From Camelus ferus (lineage: Eukaryota): DNA of 64,000 nucleotides. Of the stretch, positions 24,551-38,298 are shown in pieces (within the stretch, counting starts at the first letter, position 1; each line of letters opens with the position of its first letter). The position numbers were made by a program, and so were the translations under genes. The notes under the pieces are model-generated. The model was not told the DNA's origin. It made no database searches and saw only the letters and a program-made list of their open reading frames with translations. Where the stretch lies: NCBI RefSeq assembly GCF_009834535.1, contig NC_045697.1:14324001-14388000 (forward strand), in the 5' to 3' direction.

Positions 24551-25749
24551 AAAGCTGCTTCTGTGAAAGGCAAGTGTAACTATAAAAAAGAAAAATAAAC
24601 TAACAGAGAACTAATTATCTCAGTATTTTTCAACCCCAATTGATTCACACACACAGAAAAATCATTAATCATCGATACGACAGATTTTCCTAAGCCCACC
24701 CCCATCTATTTGGAGCTTACAGCCCAACAGGGGAGACGGCCATTATTTACACATTCACACAAATGCACATCCCGTTAAAACCCATGAGGGTAAAACTGCA
24801 CGAAAAATCGATCAGCTTTTCATAAACAGATTCAGGTGCCACAGGTGAGGAGACGCAGGACAGGAGCTCAAATTCTCTTGCCACTCGCTTTCATGAGGAA
24901 GGGGAAGGGCACGGTCAAAGCCGCCCAAACTCATTTCATTACGTATTTCTTTACCTCCAGTTTCTTATTCTCAGTTCTGAGAAAGAAAAGCTTTGTCTCT
25001 CTCTCACAGCGTTGCCTCTCATCCAGCTACAGTTTCCAGAGGCAGCCCTGAGTCCCTGAAGCTTGGCTGGAGGTCAAAGGAATGTTGATTCTCTTTAATT
25101 AAGTTCCCTTCATTGCAAATACCAGGGACTTTCTACACTTTGTCTTCCAGTGATTCTTCGGAGGTTCTCCTCCAAAGGAGACAATTAGCCAGGGTCACAA
25201 AAGCTGCCTGAGAAGACAGTGTGCCTCAGCTCACAAGGTTTCCAGTCTCCCCAGGCAGGCAGAGTGGCCTGGTTACTCTCTGTTGGAGAGCACTTCACGG
25301 GGCCCTCTGGAACCCGGGGAACCCATGCAACGAGCAGCCTTAAAAATTCTGAGTCTTGTATTACTGTGTTGAGACACAAGGGGGCAGCAGTGTCCTCCAC
25401 CGAAGCTAAAAACTCGATTTCTAGTTCAAACACTTGGGGAGTTCTTTCCCTAAGCTTGGCCAAGTCCGAGTTGATTTCTTTCCAGAAAGCTTTTTTCTCT
25501 TTATGAAAGGTGACAGGAGGGCTCCTGTTCCCAAATTAAGTAGATAAGAATTAACCATTTCAGGGAAAGGAACCCAGAGACCATCTCCTTTCTGGATATT
25601 ATAGTTGGAGTAAGTCAGCCTAAAATTGCAATCTCTTTTTTTTTGGCAGCTGGGCCATCTTCAGTTTTAGTCACTCAAAATCTGTAGGTTGTAGGTCTAA
25701 GGAAACAAGTAAACAAGACAACAACAAAACGTGTCAAGTGTGAGTCTGA

Positions 25750-25900
25750 GCCTTTTAACTTCGTGTGGGCTCTGCGATCAGACTGCTCTGGGGAAAGTTT
25801 TAAATCCCCGGTAAAACAGGAATAATGATAATACCTATCTTGGGGTTATTATGAGGCTGAAAAACACATCTACAGTGTTCAGTGTGAAGCCTGGCATTAA
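25750..25900 (+). mobile_element. MIR fragment
   Basis: gtaaaacaggaataatgataatacctatcttggggttattatgagg...aagcctggca. Confidence 0.55.
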
Positions 25901-26079
25901 CTGTGACGGGATAACTTCTGTAATGGTGGGGATACTCGTTACCAACCCTTTTAGTTTTTACTGTTTTTTTCACTTAATCAAGGATATTAAACTTATCTTT
26001 ATTAAGTCCCATCTGCGTATTTAAGCTCAAAGGGGTTTTATAATCCCAAGCCAATCTTCCATTTTCTTCGTTGCTGTAA

Positions 26080-26560
26080 GATGTGGCTTTTGGGATCTGA
26101 TGTCCCTGGCTTAGAGTCCACTCCTATCACTTTTAGTGGTGGCATCTTGAATAAGTTATTTAACTTCTGTGAGCCTGAGTTTTCCCATCGTTGATTTATT
26201 CATCAGATATTTTTAAGACTATAGTATATGTCAGAAAGTGTAATAAGTGTTGGGGGTAAAACAATGAACAAGATGGATGAAACCCCCCAGAGGCATTAGA
26301 GTCATTTGGAGAAGGCACACAGAAAGCAAAGATCTACACAGACAGTCATTTAGGGTTGTGATAAACGCTACAGAGGAAGTGCAGGGGACCTGGAGTACTC
26401 AAGAAGGGGTTATAAGGAAGACCTACCTGAGGACATCCCATTTAAGTGGCTTTCATGCAGAGACATGAAAGATGAGTAGAAGTTAGCAAGGGCTGGGGGA
26501 GAAGCCAAGGGCACGTACGTAGCCTGGAACACGTTCAAGGACTAAAGTGATGGCCAGTGT
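26080..26560. mobile_element. MIR (+, about 26080-26190) abutting an L2 3' fragment (-, about 26190-26560)
   Basis: ttgaataagttatttaacttctgtgagcctgagttttcccatc is followed by gatttattcatcagatattttt...tatgtcagaaagtgtaataagtgttgggggtaaaacaatgaacaaga. Confidence 0.65.
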
Positions 26561-28424
26561 GCCCAGAAGTGATGGCCTCAGACAAAGTTAATTCAAGGCC
26601 TGCTAGACATGCGAAGGGTCAAGGTCTTTACCATTCATATGGTGGGAGAATACACCTGTTGTACAGGGCTCTGGAGAGAATTAGCATAATTTACATAAAG
26701 TGCCTGGCAAAATGTCCCAGTCACATTCTACGTGATCCGTATTGCTCTCTCTCAGTCTCTCTCTCTTCTGTCCTACTGGAGCTGAACGTCTAACTCTGCT
26801 ACAGTACGTATTCAACACATAATCCTCCGGCACGTACTCTGCACCAGGCTTTCTGCCATAAACAGAACAAACAGAAGGGGAAAAACGGACATGGTCTTGC
26901 CCTTAACTTGATCAGTCTTTCCCTGGTCAGCTACGATGTCCTTTGTGTTGTGTAACTGTATTTCAGCTGAATAGCTGGCTCCCACCTCCCCAAATGGAAA
27001 AAAAATCAAACACACGGAGTAAACTCACATCGCTGTGGATTACAAGGTAAATGACCTGGGATTACTCATGTGTAAGTAGGAGCTGTTTCGGCATCTTTCT
27101 TTGCTGTAGCTGATGGCTGATAGTAATGATGATGGTAATTTCTACGATGCACACCTGTGCGTGGTGCAGTGGATTAGGAGGGATCTCCAGACGATTCAAC
27201 AGCTAATAAGGCCTCCGTGATATTATTTGAGCGCTGGCCTCCTTCTGGAGGGCTGGAAGACGGGCAAGCTCTTAATGTAGCTAATGCCCGCATGGATACG
27301 TTTACTCTGAAATCAAAGTACCCTAACCCTCACTCTTCTCCACTTACCTGTTTTAATATACTAAACAGTACATATATATTTATTTATTTAACAGATAAAA
27401 ATCTTGACTTCTCAAAAATATTCCAGGCATAGAAAAGAACCACTAAATCACAAAAACCCTACCACCTTTATTCTTTTACATCCGCATGTTTTCATTTTTA
27501 GAGCTCATGGATATTCGAGACATTTATTTACAAATATGGTGAAGGCATTATTCCAACCAGCAAGAGAGCCTCCTTGAAATTCATGTTATATGAGTTTGTG
27601 ATAACAATTTTTACTCTCTCCAGGGAGGCATAAAGCGACAGGCTTTATGTCCTTGTCACACAGTGAAGGAAAAACGCTGTGTGTTTTCTTCAGTATCGCA
27701 CAGATATTTTCATTTTCTGGTTCATCAGCTGTTAACCTTAGTGCTTCCCAGAAAGAGATTCATGTTTGGACTTAATTACGATAGCTTTACCTCATGTTTT
27801 CTCTGTTTTTTAAAAAATTTTCATTGGGAGATGAGGAGTCAGGAGTGGTTTGGCCCTTATCTGACTTTCTGAAAATACTCCAGAAATCTTCTGCCTTTTT
27901 TTAAGAGTGAGAGTCTTGAATAGGTTTAGAGGATATAAAGACGCAGCTGGGAGAGAGAGGACTGGGAGAAATTACAGCTACAGGGTAAAGGGGGAGTGCG
28001 ATATGAGGGGGAATGGGATTAAGAACACAGGGGAAATGGAACAGCTTCTTCTTTTATACTGGAAAGAATAAAGCAGCAAAGAAGTACGAATCAAGTGCCA
28101 GCTATGCTCTAGACCCTGTTCAGGAGTTTCAGGATGTGGTGATGGATGAAGAGAGACAAAATCTATCTGTAGAGAAAACATGCTTCTGCAGATGCATTTG
28201 TTGATGGAATCAGGAGAGCTTCGCAGGATGTAGAGGTAGCTAACTGTAAGTATAGAGGAAGAGATATTTGATCATGGAAAAGGAATAGGACTGTCAAATT
28301 GTGTATGAAAATTGTAAATCAGTAGTGACTATTATGCATCTGGGTTTCTCCTTTCAGCAAGCAGCAGAGGAATGGAGAGAGATTATTGGATGACCCCAGA
28401 TTTGGCTTCTTGCCACACGGGTAG

Positions 28425-28909
28425 TGTGAGAGCTAAAACTTTCCCCCTCCCCCCCCCAAAGATATCCACATCAGAATTCCTGGAAACTGAATATTTCCTT
28501 ATATTTTGAAAATGTGGCTAATTTAAGGACACTGAGAGAGGAAGCTTATCCTGGATTACCCAAGTGGGCCCTAAATGCTGTTACTAGTGTCCTTACAAAA
28601 GAAAGGCAGAGAGATTTGACACATGTGTAGAGGAGGAGGCAGTGTGAAGATGGGGCCCAGAGAGCTTCGAATATGCTGGTCTTAAAAATCAGAGTGATGC
28701 AGTCACAAGCCAAAGAATGCTGGCACCCACCAGAAACTGGAAGAGGCAACGTGTTTCCCCCTAGAGCTCCCGGAGAGAGCACAGCCCTGCCAGCCCTCAG
28801 TATTACTGATCTCAGACTTTCAGCCTCAGGCTGTGAGAGTGAAATGTCTGCTGTTTTGAGTCACCTGTGCCGTGGTATTTTGTCACAGCAGCCCTAGGAA
28901 AGGAATGCA
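28425..28909 (+). mobile_element. MLT1C/D-like MaLR solo LTR
   Basis: ccccaaagatatccacatc...ttatcctggattacccaagtgggccctaaatg...cacaagccaaagaatgctggc...ccagaaactggaagaggcaa...ttgtcacagcagccctaggaaaggaatgca. Confidence 0.9.
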
Positions 28910-29389
28910 AATCTGATCACAGAACAAGAGCGAGAGCAGGGATGTTCAAGAGGAGCATGCTGAGCAATCAAAGCCATGCAGCCTGGGTTAATATGGAACT
29001 GGGGAGACTAAGGAAGGCCTGGTGATAACAAGGCTCTGGCTTGTGAAGTCACTGCGCCGGGCGTAGTAAAAGAGAGGGCCCAAGACCACTGGACAGGGGG
29101 TAAGTCTTGGTCAAAAAGGTGAAACTAATTTAAGATTTCAGGAGATACATGTTTTCAGGATTGATAAGGCTACATCTGTTAAAGTGAAAAGTGGAGTGGA
29201 AAGGGACAGGATGGCATTTAAAAAGTCAAAAAACACTGATGCTCAGGTAGGTGCTTCTTAGGTCATCTTCTTGGATGTTGCTTGCAGGCCAGTGAATCAA
29301 GAAGATTTTTAATGCAGGTGTCAAAGTCCTGAATGAATAGGATACAGTGATTACAAAAGTGACAGCCTGAGACACTCTGACTTTGGCTT

Positions 29390-29760
29390 TCTGTGGCTTT
29401 GTTCTGTTCTACTCTCTTATTTGCTTTAGAAAGTGTCAACCCCCCATTTCACATGATACCCATGGGGCTCTCAGTCTCAGTACGCACCATTTTCCCCGGC
29501 CACAGGGCTAGGTCAGCATGGCAAGCTTGTCCAGGGACAATTCTCCATCCCCTGGGTCACAATGATTAGTTAAGATATGTCATATGACTAAAGCCAGATC
29601 CTTCCTTGAAGGAGCTATCAAGACTGAGAAAGAGGGAGCAGAAGGAAGACAGAATCCTAATGATATTGTTGGACATCTTATCCAGCTGTGTCTGGTGCTA
29701 TAATCGTTTCACTATCCCAGTTATGTGAGCCAATAAAACTTTCAAAATTTTGATTCAAGA
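29390..29760 (+). mobile_element. Old MLT1 (J/K/L-like) LTR, apparently interrupted near its 3' end by the L1; a remnant tail lies at about 31820-31870
   Basis: ttctccatcccctgggtcacaatgattag...catatgactaaagccag...cccagttatgtgagccaataaaa, and after the L1 gtttttattacatacactccaaattatcctaatctatac. Confidence 0.55.
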
Positions 29761-29795
29761 TACTTTAAATTGTACCATAAGGATGAGAAATTGTT

Positions 29796-31816
29796 CAATA
29801 AGAAGAGAAAAGAAAATACAGACTTGGAAGGAAGGCATAAAACTGTCCTTGTTCTCAGATGACATAATCATCTTTATACAAAATCTGAAAGAATCAACCA
29901 AAAAATTCCCAGAACTAATAAGCAGTTAGCTCCAAGGCTGCAGGATGAAAGATTAATATATGAAAGCCAATGCTTTTCTTTGTACCAATGATAAAAAAGC
30001 AAAAATTGAAATTAAAAACACATGGTTATTTACATTGGTACCTCCCTAAAATGAAATATTTAGGTATAAATCTAGCAAAATATGTACAAAATCTAAATGG
30101 GAAAAATATAAAACTCTGATGAATGAAATCAAAGAATAAATAAATGAGGAGACATTCCTTGTTCATGGGTAGGAAAATTCAATATTGTCAAGATGTCAAT
30201 TCTTTCTAACTTGATCTATAGATTGAATGTAATCCCAATCAAAATCCCAGCAAGGTTATTTTATGAATATTGACAAATTGATTCAAAAGTTTAGATGGAA
30301 AGACAGAAGACCCAGAACAACCAACAGGAAGGAAAAGAACGAAGTTGGAGGACTGCTACCACCCTACCTCAAGAACTTGGTATGAAGCTACAGTTATCAA
30401 AGCAGTGTTGGGTTGGTGAAGGAAAAAACAAATAGACCAACGGAATAGAATAGTTAGCCCAGAAATAGGCCCACGTAATACAGTCCACTGATCTTTGACA
30501 AGAAGCAAAGTTAGAAAGAATTGACATCTTGACAATATAAGAGAAAATTCTGTGTTCTGCCTATATATCCACTACCCACCCTCACCTCTGGCATCACTGA
30601 TTATTTTACTATCTCTGTAGTTTTGCCTTTTTCAAAATGTCATATAGCTCAAGCCACACAATGTGTAGCCTTCTTAGATTGGCTTCTTTCACTTAGTAAT
30701 TTGCATTTAAGTTTCCCTCATGTCTTTTCATGGCTTGACAGATGATTTATTTTTAGTGTTGAATGATATCCCATTGTCTGGAAATACCCCAGTTTATTTA
30801 TCTGTTCACCTACTGAAGGACGTCTCTGTTGCTTCCAAGTTTTGGCAATTATGAATAAGGCTACTATAAACATTGTATGCAGGCCTTTGTGTAGACACCA
30901 CTATTCAGCTCCATTGGGTAAATACCAAGAAACACAATCGCTGAATGACAATGGAGCAAAGATAATCTCTTCAACAAATATTACTGTGAAAACTGGACAT
31001 ACACTTAAAAAAATGAATCTAGACACAGACATTAAACCCTTCACAAAAGCTAATTCAAAATGGATTATAGACCTAAATGTGAAACACAAAACTGAAAAAT
31101 ATTGGCCAAAACCTAGAAGACCTTGAGTATGGTGAAGTCTTTTTAGATGCAACACCAAAGACATAATCTATACAAGAAATAATTGATAAGCTGGACTTCA
31201 GTAAAATAAAAGACAATGTCAAAAGCATTAGAAGACAAACCACCAGCTGGGAGAAAAAATTGTGAAATGTACGTTTGTAAAAGGACAGTTACCTAAAATA
31301 TACCAAGAATCTTTAAAACTCAACAATAAGAAAACAGTCTGATTAAAAAATGGACCAAATACCTTAACAGACACTTCACTGAAGAAGATATACAGACGGC
31401 AAATGAGCATATAAACAAAGCCCACACTATGTGTCACCAGGGAAATGCAAATTAATAATCAGTGATGCCAGAGGTGAGGGTGGGTAGTGGATATATAGGC
31501 AGAACACAGAATTTTTAGGGCTGCGAAAATATTCTGTATGATATTATAACAATGGATATATGTTATTACATGTTTGACCAAACCTATAGAATATATAATA
31601 CCAAAAGTGAACCCTGAAATAAACAGTGGACTTTGGGTGATTGTGATGTGTTAATGCAGGTTCATCCTTTGTAACAAATGTACCACTTTTGTGAACGATG
31701 CTGGTAATGGAGGAGGCTGCGTGCAGGTGTAGGGTCAGGATATATGGGGAATTTCTGTACCTTCCTTTCAATTTTGTTGTGAACCTTAAACTGTTCTAAA
31801 AATACTGTCGTAAAAA
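29796..31816 (+). mobile_element. 5'-truncated, internally rearranged L1 (L1MC1-like) with an inverted block at 30544-30946
   Basis: RT motif remnant aaactgtccttgttctcagatgacata (LFSDD), and an L1MC-type 3'UTR ending gtgaaccttaaactgttctaaaaat. 30544-30946 is minus-strand L1 3' sequence. Confidence 0.9.
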
Positions 31817-33374
31817 TTATGCAGAATTAGTTTTTATTACATACACTCCAAATTATCCTAATCTATACCAGGATGGTATTTCTCTCCCTGCTTTTTGTTC
31901 TTTATAGGATGGCTACGAAGGAATAATTGTAGTCCCCTGTTTCTCTTGTTAGTGTATTTCGGTGCTTCAGGAGATAACAATCAGATGAGTGAGGGAGAGT
32001 TCATATTTTTCTCAGTTATTATTTCAATCTCTGACCCCAGGCACTAAAAATGATATATTAGTTTATTTTATGAACTTTATTTTCTCTAACAGAAGGGTTT
32101 GAGCTTCAGAGAATTATTTCAAAAACCAGCAGGATGCTGAGACAGTGCCAAAAAACAAAAACAAAAACACAGTAAAACAAAACTAATCTACAAGAACACT
32201 GGAAAATTTAAATTTCAGTATCACAGTTGTTCTTTTTCATTCAAATCAAATCTATTCACAAATTTCTACTGTAACCCCTACTTTAAGCCCGGCACATAGA
32301 AATGAATAATGCAAACAATTGGAATTGACTTCCTGTTGTGACCTAATAATTACATTATATGATGAACTTCTTTGAGAAGCAGTGTGGTAGAACACTGAAC
32401 TGAAAGCTCCAGGTCTACCATGAATTGGGCATACAGAAGTCCAGTGTGTCAACATGAATAAACACTGAAGATTATATAAAAATAATATTCTGCAGTAACT
32501 GAAATTTAGATACTCCTTAATTCCTTACATTATTAAAAGAGTCTGAGTGTTACTATTTGGAAGCCAGAAATAATCTATTCCATTGACACTTTTTTTTTTT
32601 TTTTGAGTCACTGCCATTTATCTGGCACTGGGCTAGGCACTGGGGTGACACAGATGTGAAAAGGACAGGCTGAGCTCCCACTTCTCATCCTGTCGTGCAT
32701 TTCAGGGGACACTCCAAGACTTCGTCATCATCATAGTAATTATCTCTTCACTCTTTGCATTTAGTAAGTGATAAATCTCCCATTCAAACACTTGTGTCCT
32801 AAAACAGTACAAAAGTCTCTCTCTTAAATGTTTTCATTATTTTTATTTCAGTCACCCCGAAATAGAATTCCTAATTCCTGTCCAGGTGATGTCTAAATAA
32901 CTGATAATTATTTCCAGAACATTAGTTTGCTGGAGTTAGAAGGGCTCATTGTGTTCAAGTGTCTTCTTTTTCATCTGGGCAACCTGAGACTTGGGATGCC
33001 AAATGATCTATTCAGGGTCATATATTTTGACAGAGTAGGAATAAAACCCTCTTATTATCATTCTCAGCCTATGATGGTTCCACTAAACCATGCATGCCTG
33101 TAAAAGAAATCAATGGAGAAATACAAGGCTGTCAGGTTTAAAATCCTCTTATATTCTTCTTCAGCTGAACAAGTCACGATGGGAAATAATATTCTTTTAT
33201 GTCTATGGTTATTAGACTGAGTAGTCAAATTTAGAATGACTTGTTCTGCAAGGTTGGAACTCTCACTGTAGAAGTACTTTGAATTATTAAGGAAAAAGTC
33301 CTCTTTCCTTTTCTTCTTCCTTTCTTCTCTCCTTTATTTTTCCTACTTTCTTCCCTTCTTTCTCTGATTCTTTT

Positions 33375-33720
33375 GTTACACAATCATTTATCCCACACAA
33401 AGTTATTCAATGTGTAGGGTGCCTATGCTGGGATATAAAAATGAGTAAAGACACACTCTTCTCTTAATGGACTCGTAATCCAGTGGAGAGGAAAGATGCA
33501 CAAGTAAATGATTATAAAACAGTGTGATAAATGATTATAAAAACGTGTGTGTTATGGTTCATCATAGAAGGAACGATCACTTTAATGGGGAGGAGAGGAT
33601 TAAGAGCTGGAAGGTTGAGAAGGGTTTGTAGGGGAAAAAATGCCTTAAGGTTTGTTAGGAATTCACCAGATTTTGAATAAGGGAAGGGCATTCAGGGATG
33701 GAGAACTACCACCAAAAAGG
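33375..33720 (-). mobile_element. L2 3' fragment
   Basis: atcatttatcccacacaaagttattcaatg...gctgggatataaaaatgagtaaagacacactc...ggactcgtaatccagtggagag. Confidence 0.6.
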
Positions 33721-34714
33721 CAAACAGTGTTTCTTGCAAGTTTCCCACCTCTTGCCCCGCGGCCTCTGGAAATGTGTATCATTAGGAAGAGATAGGCTTG
33801 GTAGAGAGGAAGCACCGCTGGACTCCTCTCCTAATCCTTTTTTCAACTGTAAGGCAGAGCTAGAAAAGTGTCTTACACCAGAAAAGGACTAGGATGGGGG
33901 AAGAGGATGAAGTAAGGCAGGGAGCATGAGCAAGGCTGGTATCAGTTCATGAAGTTGGAGACACAGGCGAGACCAGCTCTTAGCTGGATAAATGCATACT
34001 GATTCCTCTACAGATAACGGCCAGCACTTTCCTACTTTGCTTTCTGATACCAGGCTTCTTGGACCATTGATGTCAACCTTGGGAATGGATTTATGATACA
34101 CTCACTTATCAGAGTTGTGTGGAAACCACTTAGGAAGCTGGTATTTGCTTTCCCAGATGAAAGGCAACACTGTCCAAGAACAATTATCTGAAATGATCTC
34201 TGCTGATACATCTGGCAATTAACTCAGGTCATTGGAAGTTGATTTGATAATATGAACAATTCTCAAGATACCTTGATCTGAAGTTGAGTGAGATAATTTC
34301 AGAGCACAATGAGGATAATACGATTTTATTTATTTAATGTGAGTTTGATAAAAATGCCAAGACTTTGGCTGGTCTTTCAAAGAAAATCACAATAAAAGAT
34401 AGAATGTAATTAGTGATTTCTAATTTTATTCATTGTAGTTTTTTATATTTTTCAATCTTTCTATAATGAACATGAATTAGTTTTTTAAAGTTAGAAACGG
34501 ATAAATATGTTATTATAAAAAGAATAAAATCATCTTCACTATCAACAAACTTATGTTGGTAAGTTTCCATCATGTTCCCTTATGAAAGTCACAAAAAAGA
34601 TTATTTCTTGTTCCTTTAGAATTTACACCGTGGGTTTCTAATGTCTGGTCATTGGCAATTTCTTGCAAGTGTTCTTTTTTTTAGACTGGAAGTTATGAAC
34701 GGGTTGCAAGAAGA

Positions 34715-34950
34715 GGTACCATGGGGTGGAAAGCAACAATTTTGGGCTAGAAGTCAGGGGACCTAAATTATAGTCCTTTATCTTTTTCTACCTATTACAT
34801 GTCATTGGACAATTCCTTTACTTTTGTGGCATCTGTTTTCTCAAGCTAAGGTGGGTCTAATAATACACCCACTATTTACCAGACAGGGTGGCCGAAAAGA
34901 AGTAGAAAAATTTTGCAAGATGTAAGATGCTATGCCCACGTGAGTTGTTT
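34715..34950 (+). mobile_element. MIR (MIRb/c-like)
   Basis: ggggtggaaagc...ttgggctagaagtcaggggacctaaatt...cattggacaattcc...gcaagatgtaagatgctat. Confidence 0.6.
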
Positions 34951-35904
34951 TTATGAAGAGTTATTCACAGTCATAAATTCTGCTTAGGACTCAACTGTTA
35001 AGGGGCTCTGTTCTAGAGATTGCCTATTGTGCAGTTGGCAAAGAGGTCCTTTGGAAATGTTAACATATATAGGGAGGCAGTTTAGAGGTATGTACTGGAA
35101 ATGGTCAAACTGTAGTATCTAGCCCCCTCTCCCATTTTGTATCTGGAGAGGAAGTTTTCATGTTCATACTAAAAATGGAATTTACATCTATAAATTCCAT
35201 TTCAAATGCTTACATCTCCCAATCTATTGCTACTAGCAACTTATATTTTAGACAGTTTTATTCAGATGACAATAGTTTATTTGAGCAATTTGGAGTTGCT
35301 GTCTTAAAAGACTATATACAAGTATTGAATACTGTATTATATTTCTGATGTTTTTAAAGATTTTCTTTTCTGCCTGCAATTTAATTTTCTTTTTAGAATT
35401 TTTCTCCTGCTTGGACTGTATTGATTTTATTTATAGAACCATTTAAGAAGTGTCCAGTGAAAACCCCTTTTGAAATGAAGGTAGATAACTATATATTGAG
35501 ATGTACAGGCATTTCTCAGTGCACTTATTATTAGTGTAAGGCAATTATGTACTGATTAATTTGCTAACCAAATTTTAACCCTGTTGAATCAATGAGAACA
35601 TTTTATTGCTTTTTGAGCATTTCGGCCATCAGTAGTTTGATGACTTTAAGTTTACAATGTTAAAATTGTTTAAAAATCATTTACTTTTGTTCCCAACATA
35701 GTTTGTTTTTAATAGAAATTCTCACTTGGGTTGTATTTCTTTTCTTTTAAAAGTGGCTTTGAGATAACTGTCTGAGTATCATACTTTCTTACTTAAGATT
35801 TTAGTATCTGATTAAATATTAAAATGGGCTACTCTGTAATGGTTTTTCTCCCTTAACTGTAAGGATTTTACTACATACTTCCTTCCATAGGATTTATTTT
35901 TTCC

Positions 35905-36082
35905 CTTAAACACTCTCACTTGGCATTGTGATAGCTCATTTACTTGTATATGTATAGCTCACTAGATTGTAAGCTCTGTAGGGAAAGGAACTTTTTTGAA
36001 TCATGTTAACTCTGTCTTCCTAGAGGTATATAGTCCTTAACAAGCAACAGACTAGTACATATTTTGAATGAATTAATGAAGG
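35905..36082 (+). mobile_element. L2 3' terminus
   Basis: cactagattgtaagctctgtagggaaagg...catattttgaatgaattaatgaa. Confidence 0.7.
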
Positions 36083-37104
36083 AGTCATAAACTACAAGAG
36101 ACAAGAGAAGAGATGTACATATAAGTGCATGAAGATATAATCCACATGACAATGGACTTGTTATATTAAAAATAAAACCCTGAAATATATCAGACAAAAT
36201 ACTTAAAAAAAATTACCCAATACATGTTACAATTGCTATTTTTCTGTGTAATGAGGACTATCTTGGGTCTCAACAAACTAGTCTTTCCACCAAAAGGATC
36301 AGATTTGCACTCAATCTATTGCTGTAGTACACGGTGGGAGATGAGCACAGAACACATGGGACTTATGTCCTCTGGTGGAAGCTCAGCTCTGAGAAAACAG
36401 ACAGAGAAGACAGTGCCAGCACAGGAGATCACGCTGGAGTTCAACATCTCATAGAAGAGGTTAAGGGAAAGCAAAGGCTCCGAAACAATGTAGTTATACG
36501 TAGTCTAGACTCACAGAGGACTTTGAATAAGTGCATAAGCAAAGGCTATGAATCTTTAGCAAATGGCATAAGGCTCTGATTTAAAAAAAAAAAAAAAAAA
36601 AAGAAATATCCCAGTGTCACTATCAAAAAGAGGAGAAGGAGATACCAGAAGATAAATCCAGTAAGCACTTGGTGAACTCAGAGCAAACAAATGGAAAAAT
36701 ATATTTCCTCAGCCACACAAAATGCATTTCTAAGAGTTTAAATTATGAGTTCCATAGTGAGGAGGAAGAGGGAGTTGATGTGAGAATACTCTGATCATTG
36801 AGTAAAATACTTTGTTTCTATAAAGACTTCAGTTAATGGATAAAAAGCCATTCATTAAGGCCTCCTTCCCTAGTGTGCATTTAGTCCTTCTCAAAGAATC
36901 CATTTGTTTTCATATTAAATTTCTAAGTTAAACAAACAAGCAAGCAAAACTTCCACATATGTTATCTGCCTAGACTAAGTAGGCAGATTTTGTCTATTCC
37001 AATTGTAAAGCTGTTGCCCAGGGTGAAAAAAAGAGGAAAGGGGCCTCCCTTCCTCTCACTCCCATCTCTCTGAGAATGCATAACAAGATTTCTTTCCTCA
37101 TATT

Positions 37105-37472
37105 AAACATATTGCCATCTGCGACACCATAAATGGACCCTGAGGGTATTATGCTAAATGAAATAAGTCAGGCAGAGAAAGGTAAATACCGTATGTTTTC
37201 ACTCATACATGGAATATAAAAACACACAAACAAAAAATGAACAAAGCAAACCAAATAAAAACAAACTTATAGATGCAGAGAACAGAGTAGTGGTTACCAG
37301 AGTGGAAAGATGGGGGCAGAGCAAAATGAGTAAAGAGATCAACTGTATGGTGATGGATGGAAACTAAGTTTTTGGTGGTGAGCATGCTGTAGTGTATACA
37401 GAGCTAGAGATACAATGTTGTGTGCCTGAAACTTATATAATTATAAACTGTTCTATCAATTAAAAAATAAAA
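37105..37472 (+). mobile_element. 5'-truncated L1 3' end (Laurasiatherian lineage)
   Basis: gagggtattatgctaaatgaaataagtcaggcagagaaag...gtggttaccagag...aactgtatggtgatggatggaaactaagtttttggtggtgagca...caattaaaaaataaaa. Confidence 0.85.
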
Positions 37473-37754
37473 CTCTTTTGCTAAAACAGTACTACAGTAG
37501 CTCAGGAATCACATTTGTCAGTAAATATTACCAACATTTTGTTATGTTTGTACCATTGCTATAGTCTAAGAAATCTCTAATTGATCCAGAGTTCATGTAT
37601 TTAAAATCTGTCTCAGGCAACAACTATAAGAGAAACAAAGAAACAAACACCTTTACATTAAAGAAAGATATTAAAGATAAAAGCAAAACAAATTTTTAAG
37701 GTGATGCAGAAAAACATCTGTATGACTTCAAAGCTGCATTAACCATAAGTAATT

Positions 37755-38264
37755 AGATTTTAAAAAATGACCACGAATCCCTCTTCTTCCTAAATCCATG
37801 CCTTTTAGAAGTCCCTTTCACATCTGTGTTGACTTGGCCATGTGCCTTGGTTTGGCCAGTCACAAAGTTGCTGTACTTTTCTGCTTGAAAAGCACTCGTG
37901 CACTGAGGTTTGCTCTTAGGAGATCTGCATGTTACCCAGCAAAAACTAGCATGTACGAAGTGGCACCTAGAAGTGGGGAGCTGCTGCAACAGAACAAATT
38001 ATACGACATTTTCTTTTGGATTAGGTTAAAGGTGGAAGGTGGGAAAGCCATGAAGAAATAGAAGAATTTGGAAATATAGTGAACAAACTGTTAACAGGAG
38101 CTGAAAAGTAATAAGAAAACCACTTTAGCTGATGAAAAAATGAGAGAAATGTCACCTGCAGTACCTTGGAGGACAGGCAGTGCTCTAATGAACATGCAGC
38201 TTGGTAAGCTGGTTTACAGGAAACATATTATAAGTGCCATTTAGATGCTTTTAGCTGCTTAACA

Positions 38265-38298
<34 letters not shown>

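Noticed and set aside
27348..27442. Possible 95-nt minus-strand cryptic exon (tttag acceptor, CAG|GTAAGT donor)
   Set aside because: Very AT-rich with stop codons and a weak pyrimidine tract. Such pseudo-exons are expected by chance in a long intron, and nothing supports it without RNA data.
30508..30946. L1 twin-priming as the cause of the inversion
   Set aside because: The inverted block is internal with forward L1 on both sides, and the duplicated segments are identical despite the element's age.
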